DNA of 63,461 nucleotides, the filler included, from Chiloscyllium plagiosum (lineage: Eukaryota), in the NCBI RefSeq assembly GCF_004010195.1. It is 4 parts of one record of this genome, joined end to end, with 100 filler letters (N's around TTAATTAATTAA, not from the genome) between each part and the next. Parts side by side here need not be neighbours in the genome. Positions count along the whole stretch, not along the records: positions 30,188 to 45,271 come from NC_057711.1; positions 45,372 to 57,964 come from NC_057711.1; 2 more parts are not named here. One strand, given 5' to 3'. This document shows positions 37,656-51,141 of the stretch, piece by piece. Below the pieces are notes generated by a model, which was not told where the DNA came from, ran no database searches, and saw only the letters and a program-made list of their open reading frames with translations. Every line of letters begins with the position of its first letter. The first letter of the stretch is position 1. A program made the position numbers and the translations under genes.

Positions 37656-39579
37656 GTTTGAGACTGCATAGAGGAATATTATATTTCCTTCTCTAAAAGA
37701 CAATATGTCAGTCAATGCAACACTAGCTTTTTATTCTTGATTTTATAATTCACATTTAACCTGCTATAATGGGATTTTATTAGTGATATTATTGTACAAG
37801 AAGAACGAACTGAGAAAATTTGCTTGAAGCTCTATTATCAGCTTATTTGTAGGACATTGGATTTCGCAATAATGGTCAATAAAACAAAGAACTATGGATG
37901 ATGGAATTCTGAAACTAAAACAGAAATTGCTGGAAAAACTCATCAGGCCTGACAGCATCTGTTGAGAGAAAGCAGAATTAACCTGTCAAGCCCAGAGATC
38001 CTGCTCTGAAGAAGTGGATCAAGGTCAAACATTCAGGGTCAAACTACACGCAAATAACTGGGATAAAAATTTAGTAGAGTGACTGCAGAGAGTGTCCTCA
38101 AATTATGATTTCCCAGCCTCCCCATGCTGTAGCAGGAGCAACTAGGCCTTATAAAAGACACTGATTTCACTCTGGAGCTTGAAGTTTCATCAAGTCAATA
38201 ACAAATATTTAAACTTCTGCTCACCTTTCCAAATGCATCCTCTAAATAAACAAGCCTTTTACCTTTTAATTTGTTCCATTGTTATGGAAAGAGAAAGTGA
38301 TTGGCTTCTCTTACTACTTTCTCATATTTATGTTTTGTTTTCATTAGTTGCTAAATAGCTCATTCAACCCGACAGCAATATTTTCAGATGGTAAACATTG
38401 TTCAATCTTTCTCCAGAGAGTAAATTTGAAATTTGCATATTTAGCATTTCTGAAATATTTGCTTACCCAATGAATATACATGGCCCATTTAAGTGACTAT
38501 AATTATCTCACACTAAATACTCCCCAATTATGGGCACTATTCTTTAAGAAGGATATGAAGAGTCTCTAAAGTATTCAGAAAAGATTTATGGGAATTGTTT
38601 AAAGGATGAGGGCCTTCATTTGTGTGGCTGGATTGAAGAAGCTGTTCTGGCCTCTTTGGAGAAGAGGTTGAGAGAAGATTTGCTAGCACTGTTTTTAAGA
38701 GACCACCGGCCAGAATTTCTGAAGAATGGCAATTACGTATAAATTACCTCTCTGTTTTATTTGTGTCATCGAAGCTCTGCATTTCTGACAGGAGATTCCA
38801 ATCAAGGCTTCTTCAGAAATGTGCTGCTGTACTTTAAGTCTAACAGGTCCCTGGTTGTACAGAGTTGTTAATTAAAAAGCAATACATTCGCCCTTTCTCA
38901 CTGCAATCAGTTGCCATCTTTTGTAATTTAAAGGTCCAGCACCAGACAAGCACTTTGACAGCTCTATGAAATGGTAAGCACGTGAGGTAAATGAGAGGTA
39001 AGGGTGCTAGGTAGATAGGGTGCCAGGTAGAATTGATATCAGGTAGATAGGATGCAAAGTAGGTCAATGGACAGTGCCAGATAAATAGAGTATCATTTGG
39101 TGGGTTGGCAGGGTGCAAGGATAAAGTGGAAGCTGGTAAGTAATGGAGTGCTAGCTTATGTAAGATAGGCAGGAGATATTGGGTTTGGTGAGGCAGGGAC
39201 TGTCAGATTTTCCAAGGGCAAAGCGGGTTTGTCAGTCGAACAATGGTGAGGGCTCAGAATAGAGGAGCAATATTGGGTCTGGCAGCAGAGACTGAGGATG
39301 AGGTCCAGTAGCAGTGGGAGATGACATTGAGTCCTGGGGTGGAATGGAGTTACTGATGCCATTATTGGGAGATATTGAGTTAAGGACTAGAAAGGGGGTG
39401 TCAAATCAAACTTTGCTGGTGTAAGGGATCTGGAGAATGTGTAGTTGAGGATGTGTGTTGGTGCAAGTGCGTGGTCAGGTGAATAATGACTCGGGAATTT
39501 CATTAGATTTTGAATATTCCAACTTTTCGAAGTAATTATTTACTTAATTCCAGTAGAACCATCCAAATTTAGACTATTA

Positions 39580-42500
39580 AATGTAAGAGCAGAAATAAGC
39601 CATTCAACCCACCAAGTCTGTTGGTCATTCAGTGAGATTGTGGCTGATCCGATAATTTACAATTCCACTTTCTTGCCTTACCCCCTAAACCACTGATTCC
39701 CTTCCAAATTAAAAATCAACCCATCTCAGCCTCAAATATTCTTAATGACCCAGCCTTGACAGCCTTCTGTGGTAAATAAATCCATAGATTGACTGCCCTC
39801 TGAAAGAAGAAACTCCTCCTCATCTCCAGTTTTTACTCAGCAGACCCCTAATCTGAGATTTTGCCCTATGATCTCAGACTCTCTCCAAACAGGGGAAACA
39901 CAATCTCTGCATTGACCCTGTTAACAATCTCCTAAAAATTCTGTGTTTCAGGAAGGTCTCTGCTCATTCTTCTAAATTCCATTAAGTACCAGACCAAGCT
40001 ATTCTACTCAACCTTCCCACATAAAATAATCCCTCTGTACATGGGATCAAGCCAGTAAACCTTCTCTGGATTACCTACAATACTCAGCCTACAATAATTA
40101 CCTACAATAATCTGGATTACCTACAATTACTTACAATATATTGTGTTAGATAAGGGACAGAAAACAGTTCACAACTGAGGTCTGACCAGTGCCTTGCATA
40201 GTTTTAACAAAACTACCCTATTTTTATGCTCCATTCTCTTTGAAATAAAGGACTACAGGCATTTATTTTTCCTATTGCCTGCTGAAACTTCATGCTAACA
40301 TTTTGTGATTCTTAGATGAGAATTGGAAATCCCTCTGTGCTGGTGTATATTTATTTATTTATTTATTTTATTTAAACACTTTCAGTTATTCTATTCTTCC
40401 TGCCAAAATGCATAACCTCACACTTTCCCACATTATACAGCATCTGCCAAGTTTTGCCACTAAGTTATGCTGTTTATATCCCTCAGTAGACTCTTTGTGT
40501 CATTCTCACTAACTCCGTTCACATCTATTTTTGTGTAAACTGCAAACTTACTGATAGCGCATTCACTTCCATCATTCAAGTTATTAATATTGTTATGAAG
40601 GTGTAGAAGTGTACTATACCCTTAAGAGAGTTAAAAGCAACAGAACCAAGTGACAGCACCAAGTGTTCTGAAAATAGATATAATGTAACCTTTTGGTCCA
40701 GCAGTTAGTGTAGCTGGTTGCCTGGTGACAAAAATAGATTCGAATTAGGCTAATCTGTTTAAATTATATCCTAAAAGATACCAAACTCCAAACAAGTTTG
40801 AGTTTAGTATACTGACAATCTTAAAAGCCAATGACACAATCCGATGCTTTGGGTGTATAAGACTGGGGAAAACTGAACAATTGGGAGGAGAACTGCCAAG
40901 CCAATGACATCTGCAAACTGCTCAGAGAATAGCTCTCTTAATTAATCAGTAACCTGTGAAGCAGAATCCCCAAGAAGAAGAAAAGAAGACAGGGATACAG
41001 AGAAGAATTGAAAGCTGCCTGGTTTTGAGAAAAGAGTTTTGTTTTGTAAATTTTAATTGGGAGTTTTATCAGACTAGTATTATAGAAGGGAAGCTAAAAG
41101 ATAGATTAGGGAAGGAGTTGTAAATAGTTACTAGTTAATTATTCTCTGTTATACTTTATGAAATAAAGTTGTTAATTTTTACTTTAACTAGTTCTAGGCC
41201 TATCAAATTTTCACAATTACTACATGGGATAAATATTTTCTGTGTTGCTGGGGTTAAATTAAGCAGGAGAGCTTACCCCGTGTCATAACAATATACTTTT
41301 TAAACAATTATGGCCTCAGCGCCAATCCCTGTAGCACTCCACTAGTTATGGATTCCCATCTTGAAAGTGGTGCCGTTTATCTCAACTCACTGTCATCTAC
41401 TAATTATCTGCTCCTCCATCCATGCTAATATACTACTCCCAAAACCACGAGCTTTTCTCTTAATAAGTTGCATTTTGTATGGTACATTTGGATGTCCAAA
41501 TATATTACATTTTCTGGTTCCCTTTTATCTCTAACTTCTTACCTCCTTGAAGAACTGTCATAGATTTTTCAGGCATGATTCACCCTTCATGAAGGTTTGT
41601 TGACTCTGATTTATTACATTATGTATACTGAATGTTCTGTTATTACATTTGTTAGAATAGATTCTAATATATTCACAATGACAGATGTTAAACTAACTTG
41701 CCTCTAGTAACTTGATTTATGAAAAAAGATGTTACACTGGCAGTTTTCCAATCCTCTAAGACTTTTATCAAATATAAGGATTCTTGAAAAATTACTGACT
41801 GTTTATTTTCCTTTTACTAGCTAGTTTGGTCTCATCGTTTACTTTCTCCCTGTTTATTTTCTCTTTTGGTCATCTTCTGTTGCCTTTTAATGCATTCTCA
41901 ATTCTCTAACATATTGAATGTTTCTTTTTTTTTCAATTTGATAGAATTATTAACTTCCTTGGTTAATCATTATTGATTTAACCCTTTCCTATCTTTGTTA
42001 TGAATCATATGCTATTTTCTTAAATGTCTGCCATTGTTCCTCAATAGTTTTTCTTCTAAACCCTTTTCCAGTCCACTCCAGTTGACTGTACCTTGATCAC
42101 TATGCAATTACTCACATTTAAGTTTAAGTTTAGTTAAGTTTAAATTAGGTTTGTTCTGAAAAAGGGTCACTGGACCCAAAATGTTAGCTCTGCTTTCTCT
42201 CCACAGATGAGCTTTTCCTGCAATTTCTGTTCTTGTTTAACTTTAACATAATTGTTTCCAACCCAATCTTCTGTCTCTCAAACTGAATACTAAATTCTAC
42301 CGTTATGATCACTGTCCCTGAGGAATCTTTCTCAGTTACATAATTGATTAAACCTGTCTCATTTCCCCTTGTGGGGCAATTTGAAATAAGCAGTCTTAAG
42401 GTTAGGGGCTAAAGGGTGGCAGATTGAAAACAAAAATGAGGAGGAATTGCTTTTCTTAAAGTTCCTGATTCTATGAAATTCACTGCCCAGACTGTGGTGG

Positions 42501-43320
42501 ATGCTGGGCCACTGAATAATTTTATGGAGATTTTTAATTAGTAATGGGTTCAAAAATTATGAGGAGTGGGAAGGTAAATGGAGTCAAGGTCGTGATGGGA
42601 TCAGCTATGATTATATTAAATGGTTGAGCATGCTTGAGGGGCTGAATTGCCTAACTCCTGCTCCTAGTATTTGTGTTCTTATCATACATTACCAAATCCA
42701 AAAAAGCCTAATCGCTGATTAGATCCACAGCATATTGTTCCAGAAAACTTTCCCAAATATACTCTATGAATTCTTCATTGTGGCTACCTTTGCCAGTTTG
42801 ATGCTCCCAATTTACATGAAGTTTAATGTCACCCATGATTGATGTACAGTATTGTCATTTTTTACACACTTCATATCTCATGATTTATTCTCTGTCCTCC
42901 ATAACAGCTCCATGGAAGCCCAAAAACTACAGCCGTCACTGTCCTCATCCCCTTGCTATTTCTTACCTCTACTCTCACAAATTCTATATCAAATAATCCT
43001 AGATTATTTCTTGCTGTCATATTGATTCCATCTCATATTAAGAAAGCTACTCCCACCACCCTTTCCTTCCTGCCTGTCCTTTCAAAATGTTAGATGCCTC
43101 TGAATATTTAGTTCTTAGCTTTGGTCTCCATGTAACCATGTGCTGCTAATTCATTTATTTTGTTCTCAACATTATGCAGCCATTAGATGTGCCTTTTCAT
43201 CACATTCTCCCCTTTAACCATGTTTGCTGCTGTTGTTCTGTGCCACTACTTCTATACTTTCCTGTCCCACCCACTTTGGGTATCATTATCAAAATATTTG
43301 TCCTTGAATGCTGCCATAAG
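39580..43320 (-). mobile_element. Long, old CR1 LINE interrupted by a solo LTR, a PLE-like terminus and a sense CR1 tail (42360-42680)
   Basis: Antisense CR1 motifs in collinear order from the 3' tail (39580) to the EN region (cacccatgatt ~42830). Confidence 0.65.
40591..41290 (+). mobile_element. 700-bp solo LTR
   Basis: Inverted termini TGTTATGA...TCATAACA. ATAT 4-bp TSD at 40587-40590 and 41291-41294. TATA-like gtataag ~40855 and AATAAA ~41162. Confidence 0.85.
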
Positions 43321-43357
43321 CTTTTGCTTTGTAAGCCTTTGTAGGCCTTTATAACCA

Positions 43358-43696
43358 GGGTGGCACGGTGGCTCAGTGGTTAGCACTGGTGGCTCAGTGG
43401 TTAGCATTGCTGCCTCACAGCACCGGGGTCCCAGATTCGATTCCAGCCTTGGGCGACAGTCTGTGTGGAGTTTACACATTCTCCCCGTGTCTGCGTGAGT
43501 TTCCTCTGGGTGCTCTGGTTTCCTCCCACAGTCCAAAGATGTGTAGGTCAGGTGAATTGGCCATGTTAAATTGCCCATAGTGTTAGGTGCATTGGTTAGA
43601 GGGAAATGGGTCTAGGTGGGTTGATCTTAGGAGGGTCGGTGTGGACTTGTTGGGCTGAAGGGCCTGTTTCCACACTGTAGGGAATCTAATCTAATC
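43358..43696 (+). mobile_element. HE1-type SINE with a duplicated A box
   Basis: ggtggctcagtggttagca occurs twice; B box agattcgattcc; ends ggaatctaatctaatc. Confidence 0.9.
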
Positions 43697-44876
43697 GCCT
43701 CTCACAAAGTCGTCCCCACTATAATTGTCATTGGCATTGATTGTTCTGTGTTAGGAGATTGAGAATTGAACAGTCCCCCAGTCCTGTAAAGTTTTTAACT
43801 GCCTTCCTGTTGACAATATGAAACAATTCTCTTATGTCAAAATAAGTAATTTCACTAGATTCTTTCTTCTATTCGGGTTCTGTTATTAGGCTGGGATGCC
43901 CAAGGACATCTTCTACGGTTTGCTCCTTGACTAATTATTTGACAGAGGTTTGTTTCTGAACCAGGTTTTCTCTTGGAACCTGTTGCACTCCTTCCACTAC
44001 CTCAATGTTGAGCCATGTGTGCAGGCTCAAAAATAAGGAGGATTGTCTGTGAACCACATACACATTTTAAACTCTCATATGTCATTTGTATTGCAGTGTT
44101 ATTTGTAATCAGTCTTTGTTCTTAGGAGTTATTCCACCGTGAACATATAGGTTCATCTTTGTAATCTCTCTTTCTTTAGCTATGGTATCTGAATGTATAA
44201 AAAAAGCAGTAGTTGTTTCTGTATAAGCCTTGAAAGTGACAGGATGTACACTGGCACAAATAAGCTCTGCCAGAGTCAAGTCACTTGAATCACTACTTCC
44301 ATTTAAAACAATAATTTCTTCTTAAAATGTCTATGTTGACTTTTTAATGTGGTATTTCACCATTAGCTATAGTTTGCTGTTGGTATAGAAGTTTCTATCT
44401 GGAGCAATTTTGTTGAAGCAATGCTTGCGTCAGATGCTATTTTGCTCACTGAATAGTATTAATATACCTTATTTTGTACACCTGTAATTGTTCAAGTTAA
44501 GTTCATTCTATCTATATATTGTGAATAAAAATAACTTTTTGAACTTAATGTGTTCGTTTATTTGTTAATTAATTAAATCAAAGCTTCTTACATTTTCGAA
44601 AAATGGTTAAGGTAGATCTTTCAATTTTGCAGTATTATGAATAATATACTTGGCGCAATAAGTGGCAATTAAACCAAAAGCACAATGGACCCAATGACCT
44701 GTTGTTCAATATTTTATTACTCTGTGGTATTAAATGTAAATATGCCGTTGAATGCCAGATAATCCTTGTGGAAGAGTGTAATGGAAATGTTCTGCAGGAC
44801 ATGGAAATGGTAGATGTGTTAAACTTAAACTGTGAAAAAGAGCAGGGGAAATTTTTAACTCAAACATAAAAATACT

Positions 44877-45271
44877 GAGTTAAAAATCACACAACACCAG
44901 GTTACAGTCCAACAGGTTTAATTGGAAGCACACTAGCTTTCAGAGCGACGCTCTTTCATCAGGTGATAGTGGAGGGCTCAATCGTAACACAGAATTTATA
45001 GCAAAAATTTACAGTGTGATGTAACTGAAATTATACATTGAAAAAATTGATTCTCTGTTAAGCCTTTCATCTGTTAGAATACCGTGATAGTTTCACTTCT
45101 TTCATGTGCAAATCACAAAACCTTTTTTTTAAAGTTGCATTCTCAGGTTAGCTGTTAACAATGGTGATAGCTAGACAATATGTTGAAGGTGTTAGCCCCC
45201 TGTGTTCTCTGTCTATGCCATGATGTTTAGATTGATTCTAATCTAAAAAGTGAGATAACAGAGTTTTACAT
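44877..45271 (-). mobile_element. PLE family B 3' terminus (runs into a gap)
   Basis: Near-identical to 57648-57964; contains a hammerhead core. Confidence 0.75.
44931..44965 (-). ncRNA. Minimal type I hammerhead ribozyme (family B)
   Basis: CAC-CUGAUGA-a-AGAGC-guc-GCUCU-GAAA-GC-UA-GUG. Confidence 0.7.
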
Positions 45272-45371
45272 NNNNNNNNNNNNNNNNNNNNNNNNNNNNN
45301 NNNNNNNNNNNNNNNTTAATTAATTAANNNNNNNNNNNNNNNNNNNNNNNNNNNNNNNNNNNNNNNNNNNN

Positions 45372-45868
45372 TTGGTCGCCATATTATAGGAAGGATGTGG
45401 AGGCACTGGAACGGGTGCAGAGGAGGTTTACCAGGATGTTGCCTGGTATGGAAGGAAGATCGTATGAGGAAAGATTGAGACACTTGGGGCTGTTTTCATT
45501 AGAGAAAGGAAGGTTTAGGGGTGACTTGATTGAGGTGTACAAGATGATTAGGGGGTTAGATAGGGTTGACAGTGTGAACCTTTTTCCGCGTATGGAGTCG
45601 GGTATTACAAGAGGGCATAGCTATAAATTAAGGTGGGGGGGGTAGATATAGGACTGAAGTTGGGGTAGGTTCTTCACTCAGCGAGTCGTCAGTTCATGGA
45701 ATGCCTTGCCAGTAGCAGTGGTGGACTCTCCCTCTTTATGGGCATTTAAGCGGGCATTGGATAGGTATATGGAGGATAGTGGGTTAGTATAGGTTAGGTG
45801 GGCTTGGATCGGCGCAACATCGAGGGCCAAAGGGCCTGTACTGCGCTGTATTCTTCTATGTTCTATGT
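45372..45868 (+). mobile_element. CR1 LINE 3' fragment
   Basis: EALERVQRRFTRMLPGMEG; tail ttctatgttctatg. Confidence 0.9.
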
Positions 45869-45879
45869 CTGGGGTCTAT

Positions 45880-46590
45880 GGGTAGGATTCTGGTAGGTAG
45901 TAATCAGCAGGAGATAGCTTTGCTCATGTTTGACTTGACACCAAAGTGTCCAAAGTCAATGTTGACAACTCTTAAAGTTAATCCTTTGTGACTATAAACT
46001 ACCGTGCCTTCATGTCAGGACTGGTAGGTCTGTCCTGCTAATGGGACAAGACTTACCAAGAATGGTGATGATGGTGCCTGGTATATTATAAAGTATGATA
46101 CCATGGGTATGAGAAACGCTGTAGCTTCATTTATCTGGGGGCTGCCCTCCCAGTTTTGGTCCAAGCCCCAGGAGGTTAGTAAGGAGAACTTTGTCAGATT
46201 GAGAGGGCTGTGTTTGTTGTTCTTGTTTCTGGTACCTAGGTTTATTGTGTTATCCATTTGGTTTTATTTCTTTGTTTAGGCTTCATAGTGGCATGATACA
46301 ACAAGGTGACCTGGTCAATGTTTCATTTAAGAACCAATCAGTGACATGTAAGCCAGACCAGGTAATGATGATAAATTTTCTCTCCTAAGGGATGTTAATG
46401 AATCATTTAGGCTTTAGGATGACAATCTACAATGCTTATGTTGTCGCCATTAGACCAGTTCTTAATTACAGATTTTATAGAATTCAAATTTTACCATTTA
46501 CCGTGGTGAAATTCAATCCCATCCCTAGAACATTACACTGGGGTTCAGGGTTGCTGGTCACCAACATTACCACCATGCCACCACCTCTCC
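45880..46590 (-). mobile_element. Second 5' fragment of the tRNA-headed LINE (head plus EN start)
   Basis: Collinear with ~1510-2231, e.g. ccccaggaggttagtaaggagaactttg versus ccccaggtgttggtaaggagaactttg. Confidence 0.7.
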
Positions 46591-46617
46591 TTTTCAAAAT
46601 CTGTCAAGTGAAATGTT

Positions 46618-47860
46618 TGTAGTGATATACTGCTGAATCACCTATCATTCAGTCTAATTCAGTACTTCCACAACTGTGGGTCAAGAGCCTCATTGAGGCT
46701 GAAGAAACAGGTGGATATGTCGCAGGGTGCCCCTTGTCTGAGACTATCCCCATACTCCACATTGAAACTGAGGTGGCAGCCCGTCCTTCCTTGGACTTGT
46801 GTTTGGATTTAAAAGCAATCATGTCTGTCCTCATCTACTATAGTCGTGTGATCTCTACTATGAGATGCATGTGCTGTAGCAGATATATTGAGTTTACTGG
46901 AATGAAGTCCATGTGTTAATACATTGCTGTGTGGTATACTTAAAACATAGTGTCAGAAGAGGCACTGAGGTGATTGCTGCAGAGCTGTCAGATAGCTCAT
47001 ATAATGACAGGGAGACACAGGTACATGTAGAGCTAAGAGTTACTCATTTGAAAAAAGACAAAGCTTAACGAAAAAAAAGTTAAAAACACTGCTTAAGGGA
47101 AAATGGCTGGAGCTTGCCCCTTTCCAGGTCCTGTTCAAGTTACGGGGAAAATCTGACAGAATGTTTCCATTCACAATGGCAGAATTATGCAATACTTGAG
47201 CAAATTAGAACAAATATAAGATGCTACTCTTTTGTCATGTTGGAAGTGATCTGTTTTGAAATATATTCCACTCTAAATCTCCAGGAATAACAGAAAAAGA
47301 CTTTTAGAGCTTTGAAGTCATACTTTCAGCCCCAAGTGTTTTAAGTATACCACACAGCAGTGTGTTAACATGACGACTTCATTTAAGTGAACTCAAGATG
47401 TATGGATCTCATTGTAGACGTCATATGGCTGTGCTTGCCTAGACAGAACTATGAACTGTATGTGTTCAATATTTGGAGCTAAAGGTAAAAGATGTGGATC
47501 AATTAATATGCAATGCCATTAACTCAACTCATGGAAACTTGTGCACCTAAGACATGAGCTAATTAACGACAGAATCATCTTTGGCTTAAGAGATCCTACC
47601 ATGATAGTACAACTGCTAAGAAAAAACAATCTGACTCTTGAAGAAATTATAAATGTGCAGAACTGTCTCTACCTCTGAGCCAGGAGGCCCAGGTTATAAC
47701 GTCTCTGGAAGGCTGATTCAAAAAACATCTTAATAAAAAGTGCAAAGGCTCAGAATATGTAAATCAACAGCTAAAACGCACATACTTAAGGACAGGTGAG
47801 TTTGTCCAGAATCAGCCATCCTTGAGCTCTGTGTTGATAAGCCACTCAGACCTGTTCACT
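46618..47860 (+). mobile_element. Decayed Gypsy-like LTR, PBS and gag remnant
   Basis: LTR-like end ...aaaaca followed by PBS-like tagtgtcagaag (~46948); NLTLEEII-like gag remnant. Confidence 0.45.
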
Positions 47861-48951
47861 AAGTTAAAAAATGGCCAAACATTACAATTATAACAATATG
47901 GAGAAAAGCAATAAGCATTCACAGAAGAACCAATATGAAAATCAAGCTCAAAGGACCAAAATATGCCCATATACACTGAGGCCGGTATCCCACCACCAAG
48001 TCACCCTTTATTTAAATGTGAAAAGTCTTTGCCACTTATCTACCTCCCTCAGAGCCAGCTGTCAGAATGTCAGGATATCTGTCTCTCATCCTTTTATCTG
48101 TCAGCCAGAGGTCCCTGATTGGGCCAGATTAACAGCCCCAATCAGGGAACTTTAACAAAGGGTCAGTTAGACTAGAAACGTCAGCTCTTTTCTCTCCTTA
48201 CAGATGCTGCCAGACCTGCTGAGATTTTCCGGCATTTTCTCTTTTGGTTTCAGATTCCAGCATCCGCAGTAATTTGCTTTTAACTCATTCTATGAGGTCC
48301 ACCCAACCAATATCATTACAATCATTACATTCCTCCCCCTCTGAATCTGATGACACGAGCCACTCCTTTTCCTTAAAGCACCTCCTGGGGCATTCTAGCA
48401 GCAAGTCAGGTTCCACTGACTCTGTGTCGGATATAAGTGGAATGTTATGCACAAGAGGTTACCTCTTGCACTTGGAGCATCTCAGGAGAAATTTGCTCTC
48501 TTCTTCCAGCAACAAAGGCACTGATGTTAGGTCTGCCACGTCCATCTCAGGTTCAGAGGTCTCCTCAACACTTAACAAAGAGGGAGAGCCCATGTGCTCT
48601 GGCAGTCTTTCCGACCATTCTGATGAGCAAGGCACATTTTTCTCCTGTGCCATTTGTGAGTATGTGGCTTATGGTCCACATGTTTGTTCAGGACTGTTGC
48701 TCCTACCTGAATTTTAGACATCACTGGTTCTATCCTTGCATCGACTAAGTCCCTTACCCATGCAGGACCATTTCTGTAGTTCCTACATCACACATTGTTC
48801 TCTATAGTAAACTGTCTCTCTCACTTGGTGGAACCTGATGTGGAGTCTTCTCCCCATTAACAACTCTGTAGTTGCACAACCCGTGGTTGTACAATCAAAT
48901 AGGAACTGGGACAGTTTGGTATCTAGCAAACCTGTCAGCTGTTTCTTCAAG

Positions 48952-49086
48952 GAGAAGAAAATGAGGACTGCAGGTGCTGGAGATCAGAGTCGAGAGTGTA
49001 GTGCTGATGAAGGGCTTATGCCTGAAATGTTGACTCTCCTGCTCCTGGGATGCTGCCTAAGCTGCTGTGCTTTCCCAGCAACACAG
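48952..49086. mobile_element. Inverted PLE-terminus insertion with a 15-bp TSD
   Basis: agctgtttcttcaag at 48937-48951 and 49087-49101; contains ctgatgaagggcttatgcctgaaa. Confidence 0.85.
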
Positions 49087-50361
49087 AGCTGTTTCTTCAA
49101 GCCTGCCTTCAAAGATTGGACTGCTCTTTCTGCCAAACCATTGGATGATGGAAGGTATGGAGCTGTCCTTATATGTCGAATCCCATGCAACTTTAGGAAA
49201 CTCTGCTGGTAAACAATGGCCTGTCATACAAGTATTGAAAAGGATGTATGCAGTTTTCTATCATTTTTCTTGTGTTTGACAATTGGGGCCTATGCATATC
49301 CAACCACTTTGAGTAAGTATGTACAATGACTAAGAATATTGAGCTCATGATAGGATCTGCAAAGTCGATGTGTAACCAAGTCCAGGGTTTACCCAACTAT
49401 TCCCACGAGTATAGGAGCTGCTGGCAGTAATTTTTATTCTTGTCAGCACTCTGGGCAATATCCCACCCACATAGCTATGTCTGGACCCAATCCTGGCCAC
49501 CAAACATAATATCTCACCAACATCTTCATTTTGGAGACCACTGGTGACCTTATGGAGTTCAGCCAGTACCTGGTGGTGACTTTTGCTTGGGATAATCACT
49601 CTTGCTCCCATAATACTATGCGGTCCTTCACTGAGACCTGGTCTCTCTGGGTCCAAAAAGGTTTCAATTCTGGTTGTGATGGTGCTTTGGTTTCCCAATC
49701 ACCACCAGTAGTGTCAGTTTTGCCAGGACCAGAACTTTCTGCATCCCAAGTCTGGAGGTGTGTGCAGAAAATTTAAAACCATTACTGACTCTTCCAGTGG
49801 TTGTACCACCAGTGGTGTATCTGCCAGTGGGAGGCAGCTCAGTACAAAGCGTGTTTGCAACTTGGCCTCCTGAACAAAGTTTCAACTTGTAATTATACTC
49901 ACCTATTATTAGAGTCCACTGCTGTATATGGCCTGAAGCTATGGACAGCGTTGCCTTGTCCTCCTTAAGTAGACTTAGTACAGGTTTGTGATCCATTATT
50001 CTGACAACTTTACATCCATAAAGGTATTTGTGGAACATCCTGATTCCAAATATGACTGCCCAACCATTTTTCTCTATCAGGGTATATTTATGCTCTGCAT
50101 CAGCCAAAGTCCTGGATGCATATGCTATTGGGCATTCCTCTCCATTAAGCCACCTTCGAGTTAATACTACCTCGATGCCATACAAGGAGGCATCACATGT
50201 CAATACCAGGTCTCACTTGAGATCATAGTGTGCAACACCTTAAAAGATGATAGCTGTTTCTTCACTTCTCTGAAAACTATGGCTTGGGTTTTTTAGGAAT
50301 TAATGCAAAGATGCCAGGTTGGAGGCGGGTTATGTATGAACTTTGTGCAATAATTCATCAG

Positions 50362-50609
50362 GGAGGAGAAAGTGAGGACTGCAGATGCTGGAGATCAGAG
50401 CTGAAAATGTGTTGCTGGAAAAGCGCAGCAGGTCAGGCAGCATCCAAGGAGCAGGAGAATCGACGTTTCGGGCATGAGCCCTTCTTCAGGAATGAGGACA
50501 ATGTGCACACTTTCCTCATTCCTGAAGAAGGACTCATGCCCGAAATGTCGATTCTCCTGCTCCTTGGATGCTGCCTGACCTGCTGCGCTTTTCCAGCAAC
50601 ACATTTTCA
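50362..50609. mobile_element. Head-to-head palindromic pair of PLE termini with two hammerhead cores
   Basis: Arms of ~100 bp are near-perfect reverse complements around a ~14-nt spacer. TSD gcaataattca(t/c)cag at 50347-50361 and 50610-50624. Confidence 0.9.
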
Positions 50610-51014
50610 GCAATAATTCACCAGCCCAAGGGAAGCCCTCAGGTCTGGTACAGACATGTGAGCGAGGGCATCTTTGATTACCCTCACTTTATCTTCCAAC
50701 GGGTGTAACCTGATAATCTGGATTCTGTATTCTGGATTCACTTGGAGTGCCAGGAACACAGAGTTTTCCATTCTTAGGTGTACACTCACCTGGAAAAAAC
50801 ATCTAAGGTATATGTCCAATTTCTCTAACTGCTCCATATTAGTCTTGCCTGTTTGCATGACATCTAAATAAATGGCAATCTGGGGTAGACTCTGCAAAAA
50901 TGTTCTCCATCATTTACTGAAAAATTGCACAGGCTGATGATACTGTTACAAACCTTTATGTGTATTAATTGCAACATACTTCTGGGAATCCTCATCTAAC
51001 CATAATTGCAAATA

Positions 51015-51141
51015 CCTAATGAAGGGTTTATGCCCGAAACATCGATTCTCCTGCTTTTCGGATGCTGCCTGACCTGCTGTATTTTTCCAGCACCACACTC
51101 TTGACTCTGATCTCCAGCATCTGAAGTCCTCACTTTCTAAC
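51015..51141 (+). mobile_element. Short PLE-terminus insertion with an 11-bp TSD
   Basis: aattgcaaata at 51004-51014 and 51142-51152; degenerate hammerhead at the 5' end. Confidence 0.85.

Noticed and set aside
38985..39120. Degenerate ggtagataggg-type minisatellite, and small tandem duplications at ~2417-2445 and ~40065-40135
   Set aside because: Low-complexity slippage products with no evidence of function.
50284..50616. Mirror-image ORFs on both strands (MCCWKSAAGQAAS...)
   Set aside because: They are a by-product of the palindromic PLE-terminus insertion; no coding evidence.
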